NCBI GenBank assembly: GCA_049515535.1
Contig: JBEKTZ010000017.1
Location: 1 to 34,885, forward strand
Source: Candidatus Aminicenantales bacterium
GTDB lineage: Bacteria > Acidobacteriota > Aminicenantia > Aminicenantales > UBA4085
Length of the DNA: 34,885 nucleotides
Direction of reading: 5' to 3'
Part shown: positions 17,199 through 27,020 of the stretch, piece after piece
Position numbering within the stretch: position 1 is the stretch's first letter
Layout of the letters: each line of letters starts with the position of its first letter
Notes under the pieces: generated by a model
What the model was told of the DNA's origin: nothing
Databases searched by the model: none
Seen by the model: the letters and a program-made list of their open reading frames with translations, nothing else
Program-made: the position numbers and the translations under genes

Positions 17199-18641
17199 AT
17201 GATGAAAGCAAAGAAATGGCGGCCGCTCCTTTTATCGCTCTCGGCGCTCGTCCTCTGGGCCTGTTCGGCCGGCCCTAAGCCGGCGAAAACTTCGGAAAAG
17301 CCCGTCGTCCAGCAGCCCTCCCACGAATCCTCTTCTCCCCCCGTGATTCAACCCCAAAAAAAGGAAGAAGAACCCAAAACCATCATCCCTCCGGAAGAAA
17401 AGAAGACCGTCGGCCAAGAAACCGACCTTCAGGAAAAAACGAACGGCTCTGAAAAAGACGTGACATCCGTCCTGCTCGAGAAAGCCCTCAACCTCTACCA
17501 GGAAGCCAAGCTGGCCCGGGATAAGGGAGACCTCGACGCCGCCATCAAAGACCTTGACGAGGCCAATCTCATCATCCTCAAGCTCAACATCCCGCCCGAT
17601 TCCCCGCTCGTCCAGGACAAGGACAACCTCCGCTTCCTCATCGCCCAGCGGATCCAGGAGATCTATGCCTCGCGGCGCAACCCCGTCAACGGCAACGGCA
17701 AGGCCTTCCCTCTCGACGAGAACAAATACGTCACTGCCGAGATCAAGTCGTTTGCGGGCGTGGAGCGGAAGGATTTCGAAGAAGCTTACAAGCGCTCCGG
17801 CCTATATAAGGGCTGGATCCAAGAGGAGTTTCGGAAAGCGGGCCTTCCCGAGGAGCTTTGCTGGCTTCCGATGATCGAAAGCGGGTTCCAGCCGCGGGCT
17901 CTTTCGCGCGCCCGGGCGCTCGGCATGTGGCAGTTCATCCGCACCACGGGATACCGCTACGGTTTGAACCAGGACCGGTTCATGGATGAGCGCATGGATC
18001 CCTACAAATCGACGCGGGCCGCTATCAAGTATTTCGACGAATTGCATTCCTTCTTCGGCGACTGGACGACGGCCCTGGCGGCCTACGATTGCGGTGAGGG
18101 CGCCGTCCAACGGGTCATCGCCACCCAGAACATCAACTATCTGGATAATTTCTGGGACCTGTTCCAGCGGCTGCCGTGGGAGACCGCCCGTTATGTTCCT
18201 CGCCTCATCGCTGTCATCTGCATCATCAAGGACCCGGCCAAGTATGGGATGACTCTCCCCGAACCCTATCCTCCCCTCAAATTCGAGACGGCGAAAATCA
18301 ATCGCCCGATGAAGCTGACGGCTCTTGCGAAGACGATAGGGCTGGAGGTCTCGGAATTGATCTATCTCAATCCCGAGCTGCGCCTGGATTCCACTCCGGA
18401 CCGGGACTACGAGCTGAAAGTTCCCGTCGGCTACGCCGATAAAACGCTCCAGACGATCGCCAGCGTGCCGAAATACGTCCCCCCCGAGTACGATACGTAC
18501 GTCGTCCGGCCGGGCGACACGCTGGGCGCCATCGCCCAAAAATACGGAACGTCCGCCCAAGCCATCATTCAGGTCAACGGCCTGCGGAGCAGCTACCTGA
18601 TCTATCCCGGACAGCAGCTCAAGATCCCGAGACGGGGCTAG
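17199..18641 (+). CDS. MltD-like lytic transglycosylase lipoprotein (SLT + LysM)
   Basis: Lipobox LWAC, P/E/K-rich linker, IESGF (catalytic Glu), A.GMWQF, DER.DP, ETARYVP, C-terminal LysM YVVRPGDTLGAIA. Confidence 0.9.
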   Translation: MMKAKKWRPLLLSLSALVLWACSAGPKPAKTSEKPVVQQPSHESSSPPVIQPQKKEEEPKTIIPPEEKKTVGQETDLQEKTNGSEKDVTSVLLEKALNLYQEAKLARDKGDLDAAIKDLDEANLIILKLNIPPDSPLVQDKDNLRFLIAQRIQEIYASRRNPVNGNGKAFPLDENKYVTAEIKSFAGVERKDFEEAYKRSGLYKGWIQEEFRKAGLPEELCWLPMIESGFQPRALSRARALGMWQFIRTTGYRYGLNQDRFMDERMDPYKSTRAAIKYFDELHSFFGDWTTALAAYDCGEGAVQRVIATQNINYLDNFWDLFQRLPWETARYVPRLIAVICIIKDPAKYGMTLPEPYPPLKFETAKINRPMKLTALAKTIGLEVSELIYLNPELRLDSTPDRDYELKVPVGYADKTLQTIASVPKYVPPEYDTYVVRPGDTLGAIAQKYGTSAQAIIQVNGLRSSYLIYPGQQLKIPRRG

Positions 18642-19108
18642 TTCTCCTTGATTTCGAATTCCTTTGAAGTGAAGAACGTGCCGTCCATAAAAACGGCAAC
18701 GGTCCAGACGCCGTTTTCCTTGCCCTCCGAGACATTGATCAAGTCCCAGGCGATATACCGGTCGAAGATCTTGCCGCCTTCGCCGACGGCGATTCCCTCT
18801 GTCTCCCGATAAAGGCGCCGCGAGGGATCGTACCATTTCCAGAGGAGCATATGCGCGCCGCGGAGGTCTCTCAGCTCGAGGAAGGAATAGACGTTCGCGT
18901 CGGTCCCTTTCTTGAAGATCGCTTTCTCCCCGGCGGGCTCGGCCCAGTCGTCCTTTTGATCGAGGCTCGAACAAAAAACGGCCCGCTCGAGGACGGCGGA
19001 GGGCTCATCGAGCGCGGGCGGCGTAAAGCGGATGCAGGCCGCGGCTAAGATGACAGCCATAATTGGGAACAAGCCATGGACAGATATTGCCGGAGCGGAC
19101 CTTTTCAT
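18638..19108 (-). CDS. Hypothetical lipoprotein, beta-sandwich (DUF2914-like)
   Basis: Start at ATG 19108 with AGGGG RBS. Lipobox-like LAAAC, W.WY.P and G.W.V.V..DG patterns. The ORF-track extension to 19408 overlaps rplQ. Confidence 0.6.
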   Translation of the reverse strand: MKRSAPAISVHGLFPIMAVILAAACIRFTPPALDEPSAVLERAVFCSSLDQKDDWAEPAGEKAIFKKGTDANVYSFLELRDLRGAHMLLWKWYDPSRRLYRETEGIAVGEGGKIFDRYIAWDLINVSEGKENGVWTVAVFMDGTFFTSKEFEIKEN

Positions 19109-19174
19109 GAACGCCCCTATTTTCTCATAAAGCAGATGCAGACTGAATCCCCACCTTCTCTCTATGTCTTGAAT

Positions 19175-19321
19175 AGGACTCGGGGGAATTCCTGAGAAAG
19201 CCTGCGCAGCGGAGCGGGCACGGTTCGTCGACCGGAGGGAGAGGAGAGCGGAGCGAGCACTTGAGTGGAGGGGCCTCGCAGGGACTCCTCCACGTCTTTC
19301 GAAGGGATTCCCCCGAGTCCT
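19175..19321 (+). repeat. 147-nt fold-back element (15-bp perfect inverted repeat, internal hairpins, 14-nt direct repeat)
   Basis: AGGACTCGGGGGAAT (19175-19189) / ATTCCCCCGAGTCCT (19307-19321). AGCGGAGCGRGCAC at 19208-19221 and 19247-19260. Inner stem GTGGAGG/CCTCCAC. Confidence 0.8.
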
Positions 19322-19331
19322 TATCCACGCC

Positions 19332-19745
19332 TTACGCTTTTTTAGCCCCTTTGTCCTTGTCTTTCTTTTTCTTTTCTTTTTTCTTGAATTCCGACCCGAT
19401 GAGCTCAAGGAGGGCCATCTCCGCGCCGTCGCCGAAGCGGGTCCCGGTCTTGACGATGCGGGTGTATCCGCCGGGCCGCTCGGAAAAGCGCGGCGCGATT
19501 TCGGCGAAAAGCTTCGTGACGGCGGATTCCTTGGTCAGGACCGCCAGCGCCTGGCGTCGCGTATGCAGAGTGTTCTTCTTGGCCAGCGTGATCATTTTTT
19601 CGGCAAGGGGCCGGGTCTCCTTGGCCTTGGCCACCGTCGTCTGGATCCGCTCCTTTTCAAAGAGCGATGTCACGAGATTGCGGAGGAGCGCTTCCCGGTG
19701 CGCCGTCGTCCGTCTCAGCTTCCGGCCTTTAACGAGGTGCCTCAT
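19332..19745 (-). CDS. rplQ: 50S ribosomal protein L17
   Basis: MRH...RKL.R...[17 protein letters not shown]. Confidence 0.97.
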   Translation of the reverse strand: MRHLVKGRKLRRTTAHREALLRNLVTSLFEKERIQTTVAKAKETRPLAEKMITLAKKNTLHTRRQALAVLTKESAVTKLFAEIAPRFSERPGGYTRIVKTGTRFGDGAEMALLELIGSEFKKKEKKKKDKDKGAKKA

Positions 19746-20773
19746 TCATCTGACTCCTTGCTGTCTTTGTCGCTTTTGAGCTCGCCCTTGATTTTCTCGA
19801 GAAGCTTGGGATGGAGGTCGAGGTTGAGCCCTAGGCCCAGGTTCGCTAACGTCTCCTTGATCTCGCTCAGGGATTTGCGTCCGAAATTTTTCGTTTTGAG
19901 GAGTTCTTCCTCGGTTTTCTGGACGAGCTCGTAGATCTTCTCGATCCCCGCCGAGCGGAGGCAGTTGTTGGACCGGACGGACAGTTCCAGGTGCTCGATC
20001 GGCTTGGAGAGGATGTCGATCTGGGACATGAAGGGGATTTCGCGCTTCGCCGTCACCTGTTCCTTTTCCATGGGCTCGTCGATGATGTTCATGAAGATGA
20101 CCATATGGTCCCGCATGATCTTGGCCGCTTGGGCCAGGGCTTCGATCGGCTGCACGGCGCCCGTGGTCCAGACCTCGAGGGTCAGGCTTTCGTAATCGAT
20201 GCGCTTGCCGACACGCGCCGGCTCGACGCGGTAATTCACTTTCTTGATCGGCGAATGGGAGGAATCGAGGGGGATATAATCGACGCTGCGCGTCTCATCG
20301 AAATTCTCGTCGGCTATGATGTAGCCGCGGTTGTTCTGGACGATCATCTCGATGTCGAGCTTTCCGTCCCGGTCGAGCGAGGCGATATGGATGTCCTTCT
20401 CGAGGATCTCGATATCGGAGTCGTGGACGATGTCGGAGGCCTTGGCCGCGGCAGGACCTTCCTTTTTCAGGGTCATGGTCTTGGGCTGGTCGCCGTGAAG
20501 TTTCAAGGGGATGCTCTTCAGGTTCAGGATCACGTCGGTTACGTCCTCGACGATGCCGGGGATGGTGGAAAACTCGTGAAGCACGCCCTGGGTCCGGACG
20601 GCGGTGATCGCCGCGCCTTTGATGGACGACAGCAGGATCCGGCGGAGCGCGTTCCCTACGGTGACGCCGAAGCCCCGCTCGAAAGGCTGGGCCGTGAAAC
20701 GTCCATAGGTGGGGGTCAGCGTCTCATAATCGCATTCGAGGTATTTGGGCCTCTGAAAACCTGTCTCGGTCAT
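19742..20773 (-). CDS. rpoA: RNA polymerase alpha subunit
   Basis: [40 protein letters not shown]. Confidence 0.97.
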   Translation of the reverse strand: MTETGFQRPKYLECDYETLTPTYGRFTAQPFERGFGVTVGNALRRILLSSIKGAAITAVRTQGVLHEFSTIPGIVEDVTDVILNLKSIPLKLHGDQPKTMTLKKEGPAAAKASDIVHDSDIEILEKDIHIASLDRDGKLDIEMIVQNNRGYIIADENFDETRSVDYIPLDSSHSPIKKVNYRVEPARVGKRIDYESLTLEVWTTGAVQPIEALAQAAKIMRDHMVIFMNIIDEPMEKEQVTAKREIPFMSQIDILSKPIEHLELSVRSNNCLRSAGIEKIYELVQKTEEELLKTKNFGRKSLSEIKETLANLGLGLNLDLHPKLLEKIKGELKSDKDSKESDE

Positions 20774-20796
20774 TGTTCCTCCTTTTGAGGATCTTT

Positions 20797-20822
20797 AATA
20801 TCATTCAAGAATATCATTCAAG
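20797..20822. repeat. Perfect 13-bp tandem repeat (AATATCATTCAAG x2)
   Basis: Copies at 20797-20809 and 20810-20822 in the rpsD-rpoA spacer. Confidence 0.9.
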
Positions 20823-20824
20823 CC

Positions 20825-21451
20825 TTACTTGGAATACAATTCGACGACCATGCGCTCCTCGATGGGGATCTGGATATCCGCCCGCGTCGGAAGCGAAACG
20901 ATCCGGGTTTTCATGTCTTCCCAGTTCACTTCGATCCAGCCCGGAAGGGCCTTGTTCTTATGGGCCTCGAGCGTCGCTTTGACCTCCTCGGACTTCGCGG
21001 AGCGCTCGCGGAACGCGACCATGTCTCCGGGTTTGACCTGGAAGGAAGGCACGCTGACCCTCGCCTCGTTGACGATGAAATGCCCGTGGTTGATCAGCTG
21101 CCGGGCATGGGCCCGGGAATGGGCGAAGCCGGCCAGAAAGATCACATTGTCCAAGCGCCGTTCGAGCATGGCCAGAAGCGTCTCGCCGGTGATGCCCTTC
21201 TGGCGCTCCGCCCGTTCGAAGAACAGGTGGAACTGTTTTTCGGACATCCCGTAATACCGTTTCAGCTTCTGCTTTTCACGGAGCTGGATCCCGTAGCCCA
21301 GGATCCTCCTCCGGCTCCGGCCGTGCTGGCCGGGGGGGTAGGCCCTCCGCTCCAGCGGACATTTTTCGGTCAGGCATTTATGGCCCTTGAGAAAGAGCTT
21401 GCTCTTTTCAACCCGGCACAAGCGGCAGATCGGTTCTCTGTATCTCGACAT
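20825..21451 (-). CDS. rpsD: 30S ribosomal protein S4 (Zn-binding type)
   Basis: CRLCR...KC....C, PPGQHG, QLREKQK, LERRLDN, VVELYSK. Start 21451 chosen from AAGGAG spacing. Confidence 0.96.
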   Translation of the reverse strand: MSRYREPICRLCRVEKSKLFLKGHKCLTEKCPLERRAYPPGQHGRSRRRILGYGIQLREKQKLKRYYGMSEKQFHLFFERAERQKGITGETLLAMLERRLDNVIFLAGFAHSRAHARQLINHGHFIVNEARVSVPSFQVKPGDMVAFRERSAKSEEVKATLEAHKNKALPGWIEVNWEDMKTRIVSLPTRADIQIPIEERMVVELYSK

Positions 21452-21461
21452 CATGCGCTCC

Positions 21462-21863
21462 TTAGACTCTCCGGCGTCTCCGGACCCGGCATCCATTATG
21501 AGGGATCGGCGTCACGTCCTTGATGGATTTGATCTCGATGCCCGCCGATTGGAGGGCTCGAATGGCGGATTCCCGGCCCGCGCCCGGCCCTTTGATCCGG
21601 ACGTCCACGTAGCGGACGCCGAAGTCCCGGGCACGGTTGGACGCCTCTTTGGCCGCCAATTGAGCGGCGAACGGGGTGCCCTTGCGGGCGCCTTTGAATC
21701 CGGCCGTGCCGGAGCTCTTCCAGCAGACCGTGGCGCCCTGGTGGTCCGTTATGGTGATGATGGTGTTGTTGAAGGTCGATTGAATGTGGGCGACACCATA
21801 GCCGATTTCCTTCCTGACTTTTTTCTTTGATTTGACTTTGGTCTTGGGCTTTGCAGTGGCCAT
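21462..21863 (-). CDS. rpsK: 30S ribosomal protein S11
   Basis: [33 protein letters not shown]. Confidence 0.97.
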   Translation of the reverse strand: MATAKPKTKVKSKKKVRKEIGYGVAHIQSTFNNTIITITDHQGATVCWKSSGTAGFKGARKGTPFAAQLAAKEASNRARDFGVRYVDVRIKGPGAGRESAIRALQSAGIEIKSIKDVTPIPHNGCRVRRRRRV

Positions 21864-21883
21864 CGAATGCTCCCTTCCTCCGA

Positions 21884-22258
21884 TTACGTCGCTTTGATCT
21901 TCTTGATCGTGTGCCCGCGCGGCCCTTTCCGCGTCCGAGCGTTGGTCTTCGTCCGCTGGCCCCGCACCGGCAGTTTCCTCTTGTGCCGCTGACCGCGGTA
22001 GCAGCCGATATCGATCAGCCGCTTGATGTTCATGCTGATTTCCTTGCGCAAATCACCTTCGATCTTTTCCCGCTTCTCGATGATTTGCCGGATCTTGTTG
22101 ATTTCGTCTTCCGTCAGGGCCTTGACCTTCTTGTTCTTATCGATCTTGGCCTCTTCCAGGATCTTGACCGATTTGGACCGGCCGATGCCGTAGATATAGG
22201 TCAGCCCGATCTCGATCCGCTTTTCCGGGGGAAGAGGGATGCCTGCGATTCTTGCCAT
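21884..22258 (-). CDS. rpsM: 30S ribosomal protein S13
   Basis: [31 protein letters not shown]. Confidence 0.97.
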   Translation of the reverse strand: MARIAGIPLPPEKRIEIGLTYIYGIGRSKSVKILEEAKIDKNKKVKALTEDEINKIRQIIEKREKIEGDLRKEISMNIKRLIDIGCYRGQRHKRKLPVRGQRTKTNARTRKGPRGHTIKKIKAT

Positions 22259-22269
22259 GTTGACCTCGT

Positions 22270-22383
22270 TTAACCTTGCCGTTGTTTATGTTTGGGATTG
22301 GTGCAGATCACCCGGACAACCCCTTTGCGTCTGATGATCTTGCAGTTTCTGCAGATCTTTTTGACCGATGCTCTCACTTTCAT
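22270..22383 (-). CDS. rpmJ: 50S ribosomal protein L36 (Zn-ribbon type)
   Basis: Manual translation [37 protein letters not shown] (37 aa). Below the ORF-track size cutoff. Confidence 0.97.
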   Translation of the reverse strand: MKVRASVKKICRNCKIIRRKGVVRVICTNPKHKQRQG

Positions 22384-22395
22384 GCGCGTCGTCCT

Positions 22396-22614
22396 TTATT
22401 TGAATCGATAAGTGATCCTTCCCTTGGTCAGATCGTACGGCGAGATCTCGACGAGAACCTTGTCGCCGGGAAGAATCCGGATAAAATGCTTTCTCATCTT
22501 GCCTGAAATATGGGCGAGGATCTTGTGCTTGTTGGCCAGTTCCACGCGGAACATGGCGTTCGGCAGCGTCTCCAAAACCGTGCCCTCGGCCTCGTAGATT
22601 TCCTCTTTAGGCAT
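22396..22614 (-). CDS. infA: Translation initiation factor IF-1
   Basis: [35 protein letters not shown]. Confidence 0.97.
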   Translation of the reverse strand: MPKEEIYEAEGTVLETLPNAMFRVELANKHKILAHISGKMRKHFIRILPGDKVLVEISPYDLTKGRITYRFK

Positions 22615-23398
22615 TCGGCTGCTCCTTTAAAAGACGCCCTTGGGAATCCTCCTCGTCGGCGCTCAAGATCTCCGCGCCGCGGTCGGTGAGGGCCACGGTC
22701 TGCTCGTAATGGGCGGCCAGGCTCCGGTCCCTGGTGACGGCCGTCCAGCCGTCCATCAGGACCTCCACGTCCCAGCCCCCCGCCGCGATCATCGGCTCGA
22801 CGGCGAGGACCAGTCCGCGCCGGATTTTCGGCCCGCGACCCGGGAACCCGAAATTGGGAACCTGGGGCTCCTCGTGAAGAGCGCGGCCGATGCCGTGGCC
22901 GACGAACGAGCGGATCACGGAAAAACCTTGCGCCTCCACGTAGTCCTGGACGGTCGAGGACATGTCCGAGATCCGGTTCCCCTCGATCATTTTCTCGATC
23001 CCTTTGTAAAAAGCCTGCTCGGCCGCCTGGATCAATTTCCGGGCGGCCGGAGAAACGGTCCCGACGGGATATGTCCGCGCGGCGTCCCCATAGAAGCCGT
23101 CATAAAGGACGCCGAAGTCGAGACTGACGATGTCTCCATCCCGGAGCGTCCGCGGCGAGGGGATGCCGTGGATGATCTCTTCGTTGATCGATATGCACAG
23201 TGAAGCCGGATAACCGCGGTAGCCCTTGAACGCGGGCTTCGCTCCGAGGGCCTTCGCCCTCTTCTCGGCGAGGGCGTCAAGGTCGGACGTCTTTGTTCCG
23301 GGCTTGATCATGGGCCGGAGTTCGCTCAAGATCCGGGCCACGATCCGGGAGCTCGCCCGCATCATCCGGATCTCGTCGTCGGTCTTGTAGATGATCAT
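22607..23398 (-). CDS. map: Methionine aminopeptidase type I
   Basis: HGIP, D.GV...G...D.A.T, GHGIG..LHEEP, AVEPM, AHYEQT. Confidence 0.96.
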   Translation of the reverse strand: MIIYKTDDEIRMMRASSRIVARILSELRPMIKPGTKTSDLDALAEKRAKALGAKPAFKGYRGYPASLCISINEEIIHGIPSPRTLRDGDIVSLDFGVLYDGFYGDAARTYPVGTVSPAARKLIQAAEQAFYKGIEKMIEGNRISDMSSTVQDYVEAQGFSVIRSFVGHGIGRALHEEPQVPNFGFPGRGPKIRRGLVLAVEPMIAAGGWDVEVLMDGWTAVTRDRSLAAHYEQTVALTDRGAEILSADEEDSQGRLLKEQPNA

Positions 23399-24066
23399 TT
23401 CGCGTCCCGGCCGGTTTCGCTTTTTCCAATGGCCGCGTCCAGAATCCGGACGATCTCCCGGGAAATCCCGTCGATCGTCCCTTCGCCGTTCACGGGGCGA
23501 TAGGCCTTCTTCCGGAGATAGTAGTCTTTCAATTTCCCGGTCTGCTCTTGATAGACCTTGATCCTTTTCCGAATCACGTCCGGTTCATCGTCATTGCGCC
23601 GGACAAGCCGGCTCCGGCAGATGTCGCAAACGCCCTCGCGCCGCGGCGGCTGAACGCCGAGGTTATAAACGGCCTGGCATGACGGGCACACCCTCCGGCC
23701 GCTCAAACGGCCGATCAAAATATCGGAGGAGACTTCGATGCCGATGACGATCTCGGGGCGTTGTCCGTCCATCTCCTTGAGGGCCTCGGCCTGGGCGATC
23801 GTCCGCGGAAAACCGTCAAGAATGTATCCCTTTCGGCAGTCGGGATCAGCGATGCGCTCGCGGACGAGGCCTTCCACGATCTCATCGCTCACGAGACGGC
23901 CTTCTTTCATGATCGCTTCGGCTTTTTTCCCGAGAGGCGTCCCCTTCCGCACGGCCGCCCGCAGCAGGTCGCCCGTGGAGATCCTGGGAAAGTCATACCG
24001 CTTCGCCATCAGGTCCCCCTGGGTCCCTTTGCCGCTGCCCGGCGCGCCGAAGAGGATCACCCTCAT
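23395..24066 (-). CDS. adk: Adenylate kinase (4-Cys Zn LID)
   Basis: GAPGSGKGTQ, ISTGDLLR, LDGFPRT, CPSC...CDIC LID. Confidence 0.96.
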   Translation of the reverse strand: MRVILFGAPGSGKGTQGDLMAKRYDFPRISTGDLLRAAVRKGTPLGKKAEAIMKEGRLVSDEIVEGLVRERIADPDCRKGYILDGFPRTIAQAEALKEMDGQRPEIVIGIEVSSDILIGRLSGRRVCPSCQAVYNLGVQPPRREGVCDICRSRLVRRNDDEPDVIRKRIKVYQEQTGKLKDYYLRKKAYRPVNGEGTIDGISREIVRILDAAIGKSETGRDAK

Positions 24067-25448
24067 CAGCGTCTCCCTTTGATGCGGCCGCGCCGCATGA
24101 AGCCGTCGTAATGGCGCATGACGAGCTGCGCTTCGATCTGCTGCAAGGTGTCCATGGCCACACCGACGACGATCAGGATCGATGTCCCGCCGAAATACAG
24201 GTCCGTCTGGAGCCCCTGGGTAACGAACTTGGGAAGGTTGGCATCGAGGAAATTGCCGATGAAGGGGATGCCCTGGACCTTGAAGCCGTTCATCAGGAAT
24301 TCCGGGAGGATGGCGATCAATGCCAGGTAAACGGCCCCGACGAGCGTGATCCTCGATAGAATCGAATCGATGTGGTCCGAGGTGTTTTTGCCGGGCCGGA
24401 TGCCGGGAATGAACCCGCCATATTTCCGGAGGTTGTCCGCGACGTCCACCGGATTGAAGATGATTGAAACGTAAAAATACGTGAAAAAGACGATCGCGGT
24501 GACATAGAGAATGTTATAGAGAGGCATGCCCAGGCCGAATTGCTTGGCGATGTTCTGGAAGAACGGGAGTTTGATCATCGTGGCGATGGTCCCCGGGATG
24601 GTGATGATGGACGCGGCGAAGATGATCGGAATGACGCCGCCCGTATTGACCCTCAGCGGGAGGTGCGTGCTCTGGCCGCCGTAGACCTTCCGGCCGACGA
24701 CGCGCTTGGCGTACGACACCGGGATCCGCCGCTGGCCGCGCTCGACAAAGACGATGAAGGCGATGACGGCCAGCATCATCACGGCGACCAGGATCACTTT
24801 GATCGGATCCCAGCTCCCCGTTTTGAGCCCGGAGAGGATGGAGCTCAATCCCGCCGGAAATCTGGCTACGATCCCGGCGAAGATGATAAGCGAGATGCCG
24901 TTGCCGATGCCCCGCTCGGAGATCTGCTCGCCGAGCCACATGACGAAGACCGTCCCCGTGGTTAGGGTCAGGACCGTCAGCAGCTGAAAGGGCAGGCCGG
25001 GATTGGGCACGATGTGAGCGCCGCTGGGACTCGTCAGTTTCTGGAGCAGGAAAGCGATGGCCCAGGCCTGGATGAAGCAGATGCCAATCGTTCCATAGCG
25101 GGTGTATTGGGTGATCTTTTTCCGGCCAAGCTCGCCTTCCTTGGCCAGCCGCTCGAGGTAGGGCCAGACGACCTGAAGCAACTGGAGGATGATCGAAGCG
25201 CTGATGTAGGGCATGATGCCCAGGGCGAAGATCGTCATCCTCGACATGTACCTTCCCGAGAACAGGTCGATGAACCCGAGGATCGTGCCTTGCTGGGTGG
25301 CCTTCCAAAAATCGGCCAGGGCATCCGATGATATCCCGGGGTTCGGGATCTGGCCGCCGGCGCGATAGACGGCCAGCAGCAGCAACGTGAAGATCACGCG
25401 TTTCCTGAGCTCGGGAATGCTGAAGATGTTTCTGATGCTGTCGATCAT
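24066..25448 (-). CDS. secY: Preprotein translocase subunit SecY
   Basis: FALGIMPYISASII, GIGNGISLIIF, GGFIPGIRPG, GGTSILIVVGV. ATG 25448 preferred over TTG 25454. Confidence 0.97.
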   Translation of the reverse strand: MIDSIRNIFSIPELRKRVIFTLLLLAVYRAGGQIPNPGISSDALADFWKATQQGTILGFIDLFSGRYMSRMTIFALGIMPYISASIILQLLQVVWPYLERLAKEGELGRKKITQYTRYGTIGICFIQAWAIAFLLQKLTSPSGAHIVPNPGLPFQLLTVLTLTTGTVFVMWLGEQISERGIGNGISLIIFAGIVARFPAGLSSILSGLKTGSWDPIKVILVAVMMLAVIAFIVFVERGQRRIPVSYAKRVVGRKVYGGQSTHLPLRVNTGGVIPIIFAASIITIPGTIATMIKLPFFQNIAKQFGLGMPLYNILYVTAIVFFTYFYVSIIFNPVDVADNLRKYGGFIPGIRPGKNTSDHIDSILSRITLVGAVYLALIAILPEFLMNGFKVQGIPFIGNFLDANLPKFVTQGLQTDLYFGGTSILIVVGVAMDTLQQIEAQLVMRHYDGFMRRGRIKGRR

Positions 25449-25450
25449 TG

Positions 25451-25894
25451 TCAACTTCCGATGAAAACGGCCTTCCCGCCGGCTTTCTCGATCTTCTCCT
25501 GGGCGGATTGAGAAAACTTATGGGCGTGGACCGTTATGGACGAGGACACCGTTCCCCGCCCGAGGATCTTGACGCGCTCGGACTCTTTTTTGATGAGGCC
25601 CGCGGCGGCCATGTCCTTCGGCGTCACTTCGGCCTTGGCGATTTTCGCCAGCCGATCCAAATTCACCTCGGCGTATTCCGTCCTGAAAATATTGGTGAAG
25701 CCGCGCTTCGGAATACGGCGGTGGAGAGGCATCTGGCCGCCCTCGAAGCCGCGTTTCCGGGTGAAGCCGGCTCCCTGCAGCTGTCCTTTGCTGCCTTTTC
25801 CCGAGGTCTTCTGGCGTCCGGAGCCGGGACCGCGCCCGACCCTCAGCCTGTCCTTGCGTGAACCTTTGGCGGGATGCAGATTGCTGAGATTCAT
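25451..25894 (-). CDS. rplO: 50S ribosomal protein L15
   Basis: [23 protein letters not shown]. Start ATG 25894. Confidence 0.96.
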   Translation of the reverse strand: MNLSNLHPAKGSRKDRLRVGRGPGSGRQKTSGKGSKGQLQGAGFTRKRGFEGGQMPLHRRIPKRGFTNIFRTEYAEVNLDRLAKIAKAEVTPKDMAAAGLIKKESERVKILGRGTVSSSITVHAHKFSQSAQEKIEKAGGKAVFIGS

Positions 25895-26097
25895 TTGTTC
25901 TTCAAGACCTCCACTTCGACGAGGTGCGGGATCTTCCGGATCATGCCCCGGATCTCGGGGCAATCCTTACGGACGACGGCGGAGTTCGGCTTCCTCAGTC
26001 CCAAGCCCCAGGCGACCTTGCGCTGGGTCTGCGGATAGCCGATGAGGCTGCGGACAAGGGTGATCTTCAGTTCGCCTTGGGGCGCTTTCACTGCCAT
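25891..26097 (-). CDS. rpmD: 50S ribosomal protein L30
   Basis: [21 protein letters not shown]....HLV. Confidence 0.95.
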   Translation of the reverse strand: MAVKAPQGELKITLVRSLIGYPQTQRKVAWGLGLRKPNSAVVRKDCPEIRGMIRKIPHLVEVEVLKNK

Positions 26098-26627
26098 ATC
26101 GCCTCCTTCGCTTTCCCCCGGTTCTTGGACACGTGGGCGGGATCTTTCAGTCTCTTGAGAGCGTCCAACGTGGCATGAGCCACGCTGATCGGATTGTGAC
26201 TGCGCAGCGATTTCGTCAGGATGTCCTTGACCCCGACGAGCTCCAGGATGACCCGGACCGCGCCGCCGGCGATGACACCCGTCCCCCGGGAGGCCGGGCG
26301 CAGGATGACGGTTCCGGCATCCGCTTCGCCGCGGACATAATGGGAGATCGTCGTCTCGGCCAGGTTGACCCGGATCAAATGCTTCTTCGCGTCTTGCACC
26401 GCTTTGGCGATGGCCGCCGGCACTTCGCGGGCTTTGCCCGTCCCGATTCCGACCACGCCCCGCTCGTTGCCGACGGCGACGAGGGCCGCGAAGCTCAAGT
26501 TCTTGCCGCCCTTGACGACTTTGGACACGCGGCGGATATTGATCACTTGGTCCTTAAGGTCCTCGAGTTCTTCGAACGTCTCCTGGATCGGCGTCGTATG
26601 ACCGACTTTTCTGTCTTCGTCTTGCAC
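26088..26627 (-). CDS. rpsE: 30S ribosomal protein S5
   Basis: [30 protein letters not shown] start with GAGGAGG. Confidence 0.96.
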   Translation of the reverse strand: MQDEDRKVGHTTPIQETFEELEDLKDQVINIRRVSKVVKGGKNLSFAALVAVGNERGVVGIGTGKAREVPAAIAKAVQDAKKHLIRVNLAETTISHYVRGEADAGTVILRPASRGTGVIAGGAVRVILELVGVKDILTKSLRSHNPISVAHATLDALKRLKDPAHVSKNRGKAKEAIWQ

Positions 26628-26645
26628 GTTGTTGCCTCCTCGGGA

Positions 26646-27020
26646 TTAAAAAACCAGTCCGCCTTTTCGCATGGCCTCGGCCAGGGCTTTGATCCGTCCA
26701 TGATAGGGATAGATGCCCCGATCGAAAACGATCTTCTCGATCTTCTTCTCTTTGAGCCGCTGGGCCAGGATTTCGCCGAGTTTCTCGCAGCTCTGGATAT
26801 TTTTCAGGTTCTTCTCGGCTTCCTTGAACGCTTTTTCGAGCGTGCAGGCCGAGGCGAGCACCCGGCCGTCGTCGTCGTTCACGGCCTGCGTGTAGATGTA
26901 GCGATTGCTCTTGAAGACAAACACCCGCGGCCTTTCGGCGGTTCCCCGGACGGTTTTCCGGATTCTCCGCCGGATCCGAATCTTGGCTTCTTCCTTGGTT
27001 TTCATTTTATCTTTAAGCAC
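26646..27020 (-). CDS. rplR: 50S ribosomal protein L18
   Basis: GTAERPR..V..SN, VFDRG...YHGRIKALA. Start is either GTG 27020 or ATG 27005. Confidence 0.95.
   Translation of the reverse strand: MLKDKMKTKEEAKIRIRRRIRKTVRGTAERPRVFVFKSNRYIYTQAVNDDDGRVLASACTLEKAFKEAEKNLKNIQSCEKLGEILAQRLKEKKIEKIVFDRGIYPYHGRIKALAEAMRKGGLVF

Noticed and set aside
18638..18641. Convergent stop codons sharing CTAG
   Set aside because: 4-nt convergent overlaps are common in compact genomes.
19208..19260. Two 14-nt direct repeats as a mini-CRISPR
   Set aside because: Too short, only two copies, and no cas genes in the window.
19109..19408. N-terminal extension of the 18638-19408 ORF and ORFs crossing the fold-back element
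   Set aside because: They overlap rplQ and the repeat, have low-complexity R/S content, and a good RBS precedes ATG 19108.
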